Part shown: piece after piece, positions 53,191 to 64,000 of the stretch
Position numbering within the stretch: the stretch's first letter is position 1
Layout: each line of letters starts with the position of its first letter
From: Eledone cirrhosa
Lineage: Eukaryota
Length of the DNA stretch: 64,000 bases
Direction of reading: 5' to 3'
Assembly: GCA_964016885.1 (NCBI GenBank)
Contig: OZ024740.1
Coordinates: 5,704,001-5,768,000, forward strand
Translations under genes and position numbers: made by a program
Notes under the pieces: model-generated
Told to the model about the DNA's origin: nothing
Databases searched by the model: none
What the model saw: only the letters and a program-made list of their open reading frames with translations

Positions 53191-53548
53191 ATGAAGTGTG
53201 TTTTATAAATGTTGACATAACCAAGGAAAATACCTTAACGGTTCAAGGAAAACTTGAACCGTTAAGTTCTCAACATTTATATTTGTTGAATTACCAACAA
53301 ATTGAATATCCCTTTTGCTTATATGTGTGTGTGTTAGAAATTCACCCCTACCTCACTAATTATTCTATATTCAGGATTGTTGACTGCCTTAAAGCATTTC
53401 TGGGATGTTTCTTGCTCTACATCATTCCATGGTTTTATGAATATATACATACATCATCATCATCATCATCATTTTCGTCCGCTTTTCCCTGCTTGCAAGG
53501 GTGGGACATATACATACATATACATACATACTTATATATATATATATA

Positions 53549-53957
53549 TGGTGGCTGCCAATTCGTTTTTGAGTATGGCCACTACTTTATATCCATGTAG
53601 GAGAACCCCTACTGATGCGCTGAACGAGTGTGACTTTTTAGTCCAGCCAGCGACTTGAAAACTCTGGTACAAACACTACACTTGTGACAATTATTGACAC
53701 ATAGTGCTGGGCCCATTGTACCATGTGATGACAAGTGCAGAGAGATCTCCATATATAAAGCAATGCCTGTGCCGTGAAGCTTTTATAGTGAGCAAAGGCA
53801 CTGCACAAAGCCATTCCCACTCTCTTAAACAAGATATTTACCAAAAAGAAGAACAAGTCAACATCATTGGATACCAACAGGGTTGCAGGTGTTATATCAG
53901 AGTTTTCCTTCTCCTAGAATTCTGCCTTGACAAAGGCTAAGAGGTCATCTCTCCCGG
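53549..53957 (-). mobile_element. Second copy of the 30663-31272 element (3-prime portion)
   Basis: ORF 53638-53877 parallels ORF 30940-31209. Confidence 0.8.
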
Positions 53958-54385
53958 ATATATATATATATACATATACATACATACATACATATACATA
54001 CATACACACATACATACACACACACACACACATACACACACTGACATACACACACACATACACACACATACATGCACACACACATACACACACATACACA
54101 CACATACACACACATACACACACATACATACACACACACATACATACATACACACATACATACACACACACATACATACACACATACACACACACACATG
54201 CATATACACACACACATACATACATACATACATACATACATACATACATACATACATACACACATACATACACACACACACACACATACATACACATACA
54301 CACATACACACACATACACACATACACACACACATACAGACATTTCATAGGATATGAATAATGAATTGTTGTTTTTATTTTCCAG

Positions 54386-54421
54386 GTGGCAAAAAAAGAA
54401 AAAAATTCTATAATTATATGA
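54386..54421 (+). other. Candidate 36-nt host micro-exon
   Basis: Acceptor ttgttgtttttattttccag and donor A/gtaaga; one frame reads GKKRKKFYNYM. Confidence 0.3.
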
Positions 54422-54464
54422 GTAAGAGGAAGGAGTAGGAATGTCTGTTTGTCTCTTGAGAGTT

Positions 54465-55168
54465 AATAATGGTATAGAGGAATGGTAATAGCACCTACAC
54501 AGCTATAGAATAATAATGGTATAGAGGAATGGTAATAGCACCTACACAGCTATAGAATAATAATGGTATAGAGGAATGGTAATAGCACCTACACAGCTAT
54601 AGAATAATAATGGTATAGAGGAATGGTAATAGCACCTACACAGCTATAGAATAATAATGGTATAGAGGAATGGTAATAGCACCTACACAGCTATAGAATA
54701 ATAATAGTATAGAGGAATGGTAATAGCACCTACACAGCTATAGAATAATAATGGTATAGAGGAATGGTAATAGCACCTACACAGCTATAGAATAATAATG
54801 GTATAGAGGAATGGTAATAGCACCTACACAGCTATAGAATAATAATGGTATAGAGGAATGGTAATAGCACCTACACAGCTATAGAATAATAATAGTATAG
54901 AGGAATGGTAATAGCACCTACACAGCTATAGAATAATAATAGTATAGAGGAATGGTAATAGCACCTACACAGCTATAGAATAATAATAGTATAGAGGAAT
55001 GGTAATAGCACCTACACAGCTATAGAATAATAATAGTATAGAGGAATGGTAATAGCACCTACACAGCTATAGAATAATAATAGTATAGAGGAATGGTAAT
55101 AGCACCTACACAGCTATAGAATAATAATAGTATAGAGGAATGGTAATAGCACCTACACAGCTATAGAA
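54465..55168. repeat. 47-bp minisatellite, ~15 copies
   Basis: Unit aataataatRgtatagaggaatggtaatagcacctacacagctatag; period measured 54481 to 54528. Confidence 0.96.
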
Positions 55169-55389
55169 CTACATTTCTGGCCTAGAATAAACTGGCCAGA
55201 TATAAAATGGTAATATTTATTGATTCCTTGCTTCGGCATCAGTGATTGGAATATGGTTGAATGGCTGTGAAGTTTGCCTCATAATCATCAGCATTTGACC
55301 TCACTGTGTGGCATCTGAGGCGTCACTTACCATAGCCTCAACCCAGGCCTTCTAAGTGAAATTGGGTAGTAAAGAGTTGCTTAAGGTGT

Positions 55390-55705
55390 ATGAAAGTAAC
55401 ATTACTCAATAGAGTACATAGCTCAAAAATCAGAGAGCCGCTCCAGGTAGAGCTGCTACTTCTTCAAATTGGGAGATCATGGCTCCTCTCATATCATAGA
55501 CATGTGGTTAGAATGTCTCAGGAAAAAAAATTGCTGGACAGATTTTATGGGAAAAACCAACTAGCAGGAGACCTAGGGGTAGACCTTGAGCAAGATGGTT
55601 GGATAACATCTATGAGCTTGGCTGATCTTTGCTTGGGGATCCAGCTGGATTAACTGGAGGTGATTGCTTCTGACAGGACCTACTGGAAGGAGTGTTTGAA
55701 GACTC
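55390..55705 (+). mobile_element. Old LINE 3-prime coding remnant
   Basis: HVVRMSQEKK, then frameshifted RRPRGRP..RWLDNI, typical of an RTE-like ORF2 C-terminus. Confidence 0.65.
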
Positions 55706-55928
55706 TGTCCCCCCCCCCCCCCCCAGACACCCCGGGTTGAAGGAGAAGAAAGAAACAGTGGGGAAACTTGTTAATTAGGCTATATCTGTAATTCAAAAGA
55801 CCAGCTGTGTGAAATTGTGTATCAGACTGAATCTCCCTGAGAATTACGTTATATGTACATGTGACAGAGTAATACTCAGTTAATTAAATGTTAGGCTGTT
55901 CCATTGATTGATCAGCTAGAACATTCAA

Positions 55929-55930
<2 letters not shown>

Positions 55931-55960
<30 letters not shown>

Positions 55961-56057
55961 CTTCTTCTTCTTCTTCTTCTTCTTCTTCTTCTTCTTCTTC
56001 TTCTTCTTCTTCTTCTTCTTCTTCTTCTTCTTCTTCTTCTTCTTCTTCTTCTTCTTC
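55931..56057. repeat. (CTT)n microsatellite
   Basis: About 42 perfect triplets. Confidence 0.98.
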
Positions 56058-56294
56058 ATATATATAGTAATACTAGTTTGGTAAAGATATGCAAGGTATA
56101 GAGCAACTCAAGTGGGTAGGACAAGTTTGAATATAATAAGGCCAGTCACTACAAAGGTACCATACCAGGAATGTACAATTTGTTGGACCAGAGGGCCAAC
56201 TTGTTCATCCTGTGTCAATGGGGATGAACCTATATATATATATATATATATATATAGTGTTAAAACAATCAAATCTTAGTTTAATACATTTATT

Positions 56295-56341
56295 TGCTGA
56301 CAATTGTTTCTTCCAGAGGGATGTCAGAAATCATCAGAGCA
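56295..56341 (-). ncRNA. Type I hammerhead ribozyme, GUC site
   Basis: tgct CTGATGA tttc...ggaa GAAAC aatt GTC | agca; palindromic stem III acaattgt; ~40 nt from a (TA)n tract. Confidence 0.8.
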
Positions 56342-57342
56342 TAGGGAATGTCTAAACAGGTGATTAAAATCCTAGTCTTCAGAAAATTTAGGTAGATACA
56401 TAACTGCTGTCAGTGTCCTAGACATCATATAGAAAATCGGGAGTTAAAAAGAGGTTATGCTTCAGAAAACACAATTACAAGGAGCAATGGTGAAAAGTGC
56501 AAAAGGTACAAGCAAAAGTACAGACAAAAAAAGTTACAAGCAAGGAAAAATGTAAGATAGGATAGATATAAGATATCATAGCATTGGAGATTAGGTAATG
56601 TTAAGGGTATATAATGCAAGAGTCAATACAACCAATAAGGCATGTATGAGGAAAGAGTTATATTACAGCTGAAATAAGCATATTTCGTGTAGAATGTAAA
56701 AGCATGTTATAAGTGTTAGAAATGTTTAAATTTTTTTAAATGGTGTGCTATATGGTAGGAAGACATGTGGTGATAAAATAGGTATATGTTATGTGAGATG
56801 TAATGCAGAGCACGCGATTGAATTGGGTAGGTAATAAATATATATATATATATATGTGTTTGTGTGTTTGAAGAATTTGTTGAAGTAAAAGTGGTGTGTT
56901 CTGCATGAAGCGTAGACACTCTAATAGAATCTGACTGTGGGAACAACATCACTCAATCAAGAATATCTTCCTAAGGTAAAGATTGAAATTGCCAATAGTT
57001 ATGTAGAGATGATGATAAGTAAAGAATACAACTCCTGTAATGGCAATTTTAGCTTCTGGAAACAATTTTAGAAATTGCAGTGAAATTTGCCATTGTCTCT
57101 AAGACAGCTAGGTGAAAGCAATGGAAATGTTTCAATCATATAAATTCTCACCAGTGAAGTATATTTAGGTAGTATGTTGATTGGGTGGTAGGATATAAGT
57201 AAGAAAGGATAAGAAATGATCTCCTGATAATGGGAAGAGAAATGCATAGGCACATATACTCACACATACAGACAAGAATATGATATATATCCAGAGTAAC
57301 AACACTAAAATGAACATATAGTTGTGTATATATGTGGGTGTG

Positions 57343-57382
<40 letters not shown>

Positions 57383-57386
<4 letters not shown>

Positions 57387-58375
57387 GATAAACACAGAAT
57401 ATTCGAAAATATTCCGTATGTTTATAATAAACATTTTGAAGACCTAATCGCTATAGAATAGAATACGTCACGTATTACAATTTGAGATTCTCGATAAAAG
57501 CAAGGGAAGTAACCTACGCGTTTCATTCTTATTAGAAATCATCAGGATTACATATCCAATGCTTTTATCGAGAATGACACAGCTAGAGACTTATAGAATA
57601 CTTAGCTGTGTACAGGAACTGGTTTGAAAGAGCGGTTGCCGGTCCGGCAGAAATTAGAATTTGGATTTAATGCTCTGAAATAGCGATATATATGTGAAGA
57701 TAAACTGTGTTTATCTTCACATATATATCGCTATTTCAGAGCATTAAATCCAAATTCTAATTTCTGCTGGACCGGCTACCGCTCTTTCAAACCAGTTCCT
57801 GTACACAGCTAAGTATTCTATAAGTCTCTAGCTGTGTCATTCTCGATAAAAGCATTGGATATGTAATCCTGATGATTTCTAATAAGAATGAAACGCGTAG
57901 GTTACTTCCCTTGCTTTTATCGAGAATCTCAAATTGTAATACGTGACGTATTCTATTCTATAGCGATTAGGTCTTCAAAATGATTATTATAAACATACGG
58001 AATATTTTCGAATATTCTGTGTTTATCTTCACATATATATCGCTATTTCAGAGCATTAAATCCAAATTCTAATTTCTGCCGGACCGGCAACCGCTCTTTC
58101 AAACCAGTTCCTGTACACAGCTAAGTATTCTATAAGTCTCTAGCTGTGTCATTCTCGATAAAAGCATTGGATATGTAATCCTGATGATTTCTAATAAGAA
58201 TGAAACGCGTAGGTTACTTCCCTTGCTTTTATCGAGAATCTCAAATTGTAATACGTGACGTATTCTATTCTATAGCGATTAGGTCTTCAAAATGTTTATT
58301 ATAAACATACGGAATATTTTCGAATATTCTGTGTTTATCTTCACATATATATCGCTATTTCAGAGCATTAAATCC

Positions 58376-58380
<5 letters not shown>
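57383..58380 (+). repeat. 312-bp hammerhead-bearing tandem (~2.15 units, 57709-58380) with an inverted copy (57383-57705), inside (TA)n
   Basis: gtttatcttcacatatatatcgc recurs at 57709, 58021 and 58333; fold-back centre at 57707. Confidence 0.95.
57863..57905 (+). ncRNA. Type I minimal hammerhead ribozyme (further copies at 58175-58217 plus and 57509-57551 minus)
   Basis: gtaatc CTGATGA t ttct aata agaa t GAAAC gc GTA | ggttac; palindromic stem III acgcgt. Confidence 0.88.
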
Positions 58381-58418
<38 letters not shown>

Positions 58419-58612
58419 ATATATATAATAACTAGAAATTGATTAACATATAAATAAACATGAATAGTCACAGGAGATAATTTTTACAAGTGTGTAAGCA
58501 CACATAGCTAGGTAGGTAACTAAATAAAGTTAGAATCTTAGAGCTTATTTTGCGGGTGATATGGCGCATGTCTTTCTGGCATGACACCCATAATTTTGAT
58601 TATCTTAATTTT

Positions 58613-58664
<52 letters not shown>

Positions 58665-58719
58665 CGTTTCTGAATTTGTTTAGCAAGATTCTTTATCTGA
58701 AATCGTGTGTTGAAACCGA

Positions 58720-60827
58720 TATTGTTATACTTTGGGAGGGTCATGTTGCCAATAAGAAACACACGCACCAGTTGCTTTCACTTCAATTTATTATAATAAA
58801 TTTATTATAAATTTATAAATTTCTGGTTGGTTGGTTGTTTCCACAACCAGATAGTTGTTTATATATTGTCATAGTTCTTTCGTCACACACTCTGTGACCT
58901 CTTCAGTGACTGGGGATTCCTTTCTTTGTTTCTGTGCCTCTCCTTTGTTCTGTCCTACGCCATTTTGTTTCTGTGTGTGTGTTGTGTGCTCAGTCTGCGC
59001 ATGCTCCACATCCGGGTGTCTCTGTGTGTTTATGTTCATTTATTTTTTTGTTTATTTACATGTTACTGGTTCGTTGTTTGTTCTATGTGTGTGTGTATTT
59101 TCATTTTGTCCTTAATTGTAAGTTGTGATGTTGCTGTTCCACTCATATTTTCTATTTAATTTTGGTTGTAATTCTTTTATGTTTATTGCCTCTGTAATTT
59201 GTCTAAACATTGCGTCTTTTCTGTGTGTAGATTCTATTTTTATTTCTATGTTTTCTAATTTACCCTTGTGTTCTATTTTAGCATGTTGGTAGAGTACAGA
59301 TGATTCTTTACTATCTTGAAGGTCTCGCCAGTGTTCATTTATCCGTTCCCCTACACTACGAGCTGTCTCACCTATGTACACTATATTTTTGTCTCTACAT
59401 TGTCCTTCAGTACATCTTATGCTATACACTACATTTCTAGTTTTACAGTTAATATGGGGGCTTGTTTTACAGGTTATACATTTCTTATCTATACATGAGG
59501 GTCTTTGAAAAGGGTATGTCTTGCTAATAAGTGTTTTTACGGAGGTACCTGGTCTTTCTACTTTCTTAATATTGAGTTTATGTTTATTTAGGGCCCTTCT
59601 AAATTTGTAAGCTAATTCACCTCTAGGGGTTGTATCGATGAACATTACACTCTGGTATTTATTGCTATCATACCATGAGTTTATTCTATTAGCCTTGTTC
59701 CTAGTTCTTTCTATTCTATTCCAAAATTTGCTCCTATACAAGGGGCAGATCCCATTTATGTCATTATTAACCATTTTTTCCCATTTGGTTTTAGCTCCTC
59801 TATACACTCTGATTTTATCTCTCTGATTGTAGCCAGAGAACTGCATACGTGGATGAAGTGTTGTATGTGTCTCTCTAGTTCTTCGGGGTTGCACATGCGG
59901 GACACGTTTCTCATCACCCGTACCAAATCCGCAATCAGTATGTTGATTTTGGTATGGTCCGAAACGGCCGAGTTTCGGTGGATCAGATGTTTGGAAGTCA
60001 TGGGTTTGGCTCTGTGTCTAGTACAGGTAATCGATGGTTGGGGTGTTTACTTGGGTAGTCTATAGTAACTCTAATGCTCTGGTGGATGGAGTTAGCTATT
60101 TGCTGGATGCTTTCCATGGTGTTTTTCTCTAGTTCCTGACTGTTCTCTAGTGGGGGTGTCTTAACTACGATGTTTATATCATCAACGTAGCGGGAGTACA
60201 TTATCAGGGTTAAGGGGTCTTCTAATTGTTCTTTAAGCTTAAGTTTAAGTCTACTGTCCCACCATACCATTAATAAGTTAGCTATGTCGCCTGCAATGCT
60301 AACACCAATGGCTGCTCCTTCCTCTTGGGCATATGTTTTTCCATTAAATTTGAACATATGTTCCTTAAGGGTTAGTTTTATGCTGGCCCCTACCGCATGT
60401 ACAATCATTTTCTTCAGTTCATCGTGTTTTTCGGGTGTCCGTATGGCTCTGGTCCATCCGTTCCATCTATCTGTGTGGGTTTTCTTGGCCATTGAGGTAA
60501 TGGTAGGTGGTCTGCCTCTTGCTGGTCTTGTAGGGCACAGGTTGCTAAGGTCATATGTGTCTAGGTAATTATTACTATAGGTAAGTTTAAGTAGGAGTCT
60601 CAGCTCACTGGTATCAATCCACGGAACTCAACATTGCACTCACTGATCATTTCTACGCATTTCTCCACAGCAAAATCCACGTCAATAGATGGATACAGGG
60701 ACACAACATCCATACTACCTATTATGCAGTTTGTTAGGTCCCTAGATCGGTTACCCACGCCGATTCTGCTGAGGAGGTCCTCCGTGCTGTCACATACATC
60801 TGGGTATATTTCAATGATGGGGCGTAT
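58720..60827 (-). mobile_element. Degraded Penelope-like retroelement (RT + GIY-YIG) with hammerhead-containing 3-prime pLTR
   Basis: Frameshifted ORFs 60600-60860 (IIGSMDVVSLYPSID), 59998-60492 (GAAIGVSIAGDIANL, YSRYVDDI, LPVLD), 59756-60001 and 59112-59894 (CITC..NCKTRNVVYSIRC..VYIGETARSVGERINEH..RQITEAINI..LN). Confidence 0.93.
58868..58910 (-). ncRNA. Hammerhead ribozyme in the Penelope 3-prime region
   Basis: gtca CTGAAGA g gtcac agagtgt gtgac GAAAG aa CTA | tgac, ~200 nt after the GIY-YIG stop on the same strand. Confidence 0.82.
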
Positions 60828-63800
60828 ATAAAGTAAACTCAGTGTACAGGGTAAATGCAAGAATCATTAAACTCAGACTAGCCCTCAATAAAACAATTAC
60901 CACAATAATATCAGCTTACGCATCCCAATTGGGGTTGCCAGACGAACTTAAGGATATGTTTTACGAGTTCCTAATACACACTACTGCTCTAACAAACGAC
61001 AATGATTTCCTAATCATCGCAGGAGATTTTAACGGACATGTAGGTAAACACTGCGACGGCTTCAATAGAGTCCATGGAGGCCATGGGGTTGGCACAAGAA
61101 ATGAAGAAGGATTCAGACTTCTAGAATTCGGCGACGCGAATGACATGTCGATATGTAACACAAACTTCAAAAAACCCGACAACCACCTGATCACCTATAG
61201 ATCAGGGGAGCATTCTAGTCAGATAGATTTTATCCTCATCGGAGGACGTGACAGATGGACGGTCGTAAACACAAAAGCCTACCCTAGTGAGGAATGTACC
61301 TCCCAACATAGCTTAGTTGTCAGCGACCTCACGGTCAGAACTAGACGAACCTGGAAACAGAGGCCAACTTGGAGAAGAAAGATCGGGAAGCTGAAAGACC
61401 CCTCAGCCAGTAACAGATTTAAAGATATTTTACTCAACGCCTACGACAGTAAAGAAGAACAGATAGAGACATTCAATGTAGAAGAGAACTGGGAGTTCCT
61501 AAAAAAAACTTACTAGAGGTGATGGATGAGGTCTGTGGCTGGAGTAAGACCACAAGCAGGAGGAGAGTGACTTGGTGGTGGAACAATAAGGTAGATGAGG
61601 CAGTTAAGGCCAAGAGACAGGCATGGAAGAACGGGGGGAGCAGGGTACATTACATAGAGACCAAGAGGGAAGCTAGGCGACAAGTATACTTAGCTAGGAG
61701 GGAAGCAGAGGATAGAAAATTCAAGCATGTTTTGCAACGCGAGGAACAGAAACAGGAGGTGTTCAAGATTGCGAGGCAGTGAGTCAGAGAGAATTGTGAT
61801 GTCATTGGAGAGAAGTGTATCCGGAATGATAAAGGTGAGCTTGCCCTCACAAGTGCTGAGAAGAAAGATGCATGGAAGAGCCATTATGATAGATTACTAA
61901 ATGAGGAGAATGCATGGGAAGAAGAGACCCTACCCCAAGTAGACCCTATAGAGGGGCCAGCAGTACAAGTCAGCAGCAGCGTAGTAAGTAAGGCAATCAA
62001 AGATATGAAGATAGGGAAGGCAACCGGTCCATCGGGTATAGCTGCCGAGATGCTGAAGAAGGCATCTGGGTCTGTAGGTCACACTATAATCACACGCATT
62101 GTTAACCAGGTAATACTAGAAGGTGTCATACCAAAAGATTGGTGCAGTAGCATCATTGTCAACTGCTACAAAGGTAAAGGTGATGCACTAGATAGAGGAA
62201 ACTATAGAGGTATAAAGCTGATGGACCAGGTCATGAAAGTAACAGAAAGAGTTATAGCACAGTTGATTAGGGACCGGGTGAAAATGGATGAGATGAAATT
62301 TGGGTTTGTACCAGGAAGAAACACCACTGATGCCCTCTTCCTTGTGAGGCAGTTACAGTAAAAGTACCTAGCTAAAAGTAAGCCACTCTACCTGGCATTC
62401 GTCGATCTCGAGAAAGCCTTTGACAGAGTTCCACGTGCATTAATCTGGTGGGCTCTTAGAAAACTAGGAGTAGATGAATGGCTTGTGAAAGCTGTACAAG
62501 CCATGTATAGGGGAGCAGTCAGCAAAGTTAGGATTAGCAATGAGTATAGCGAGGAATTTAGCATAGAGGTTGGTGTCCACCAGGGCTCTGTTCTTAGCCC
62601 TCACCTGTTCATCATAGTCCTGCAGGCAATAACGGAGGAGTTTAAGACAGGATGCCCATGGGAACTCCCATATGCTGATGACCTCACACTTATAGCTGAA
62701 TCTATGGTAGAACTAGAGAATAAATTCCAAACTTGGAAGCAGGGACTAGAAAGAAAGGGTCTCAAAGTCAACATGATAAAGACTAAGGTCCTTGTAAGTA
62801 GACGAGAAGACAGAACCCAGATCCCCTCAGGGAAATGGCCTTGCTCAGTATGTAGGAAAGGTGTAGGTAGGAACTCTATTCTTTGCTCCAAATGCAAACA
62901 ATGGGTACACAAAAGATGTAGCGGGATCTCAGGAAGCTTAATTAAGAATGTAGGATTCACATGCAGCAGCTGTGCTGAGACAGCAAGCAGCAAACAGCCA
63001 CAGGAAACAAGTACCACCAATCTCTGGGAGGGCCCTGTAGAAACAGTTGACAGCTTCGGCTACCTAGGTGACCGAATTAGCGACGGAGATGGGTGTTCAG
63101 AAAGTACAATAACTAGGGTAAGAACGGGATGGAAGAAGTTTAGGGAACTACTACCACTGCTAGCTGCAAAAGGCTTCTCCCTCAGAATGAAAGGCAGACT
63201 GTATGATGCGTGTATCCGAACAGAGATGTTGAATGGTAGTGAGACCTGGGCGCTGAAGGTGGAAGACTTACGCAGATTAGAAAGAAACGAAGCCTGCATG
63301 CTCCGATGGATGTGTAATAGTAATATATGCGAACGACAAAGCATAAATGAATTGAGAGAGAGACTGAGCATAAGAGGAATCAAATGCTGTGTGCAGGAGA
63401 GGCGGTTGCGTTGGTATGGACATGTGATGCATGTGAAGGATGACAGCTGCATAAAAAGGTGCAGAGCACTAGAAGTCAATGGAAACCGCGGAGTGGGGAG
63501 ACCCAAGAAGACCTGGGATGAGGTGATAAAAGCCGACCTTACCCAATTGCACCTCTCAAGGGCGATAACACACAACCGTGACCTCTGGCGCCACACGGTA
63601 ATACAGAAGACCCGACTTCCCATGGGTACCAGCCGAAGCTGAAGCATATAGACAATATGCCCCCACACCCTCTCACTGCAAGGTGGTCGTGGAGGTGCCA
63701 CGGCAAAAAGCACCCAGCCCAAACTGTAAAGTGGACGTGTAGGCGCCACGGAAAAAGCACTCAGCACTCACTGTAAATGAGGTTGGTGTTAGGAAGGGCA

Positions 63801-63940
63801 TCCAGCTGTAGAAATCAAGCCAAAATCAGTTCCTGTATGAGGAAGGCATGATCAGCCGACCAGACACTGCCCACAACAGGACAACCCGTCTAACCCATGC
63901 TAGCATGGAAGAACGGACGTAAAACGGTGATGATGATGAT
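60828..63940 (+). mobile_element. 5-prime-truncated defective copy of the 19514-23375 RTE family
   Basis: ORFs 60842-61516, 61519-61782, 62005-62361 and 62485-63642 align with the intact 1039-aa ORF, with stops and a frameshift; 3-prime UTR and GAT tail present. Confidence 0.96.
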
Positions 63941-63944
63941 ATAC

Positions 63945-64000
<56 letters not shown>

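Overview
Repeat-saturated eukaryotic DNA with no recognisable multi-exon host gene. It is probably an octopod/cephalopod intron or intergenic region, inferred only from the (TA)n/(CA)n density, the RTE LINEs with (GAT)n tails and the tRNA-derived SINEs. Conventional content: a 7.7 kb CT-rich ~39-bp minisatellite, one intact RTE LINE ORF (APE endonuclease + RT + embedded PHD-like finger), several decayed RTE copies, a second LINE family with a single in-frame stop, a degraded Penelope-like element (RT + GIY-YIG), a GIY-YIG remnant, an internally deleted Helitron, SINEs and other mini/microsatellites. The main result is non-coding. The 14.3 kb array of ~31 x 466-bp units (34093-48402) carries a minimal type I hammerhead ribozyme (HHR) on the minus strand of every unit, ends in an inverted partial copy and sits inside a (TA)n tract, which is the architecture of a retrozyme/Penelope-pLTR-like self-cleaving concatemer. 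An unrelated 312-bp HHR tandem with the same geometry lies at 57383-58380, and nine more loci (11 motifs) of different sequence families carry HHR motifs, two of them as head-to-head fold-backs. All motifs were read by eye; none was folded computationally or tested.
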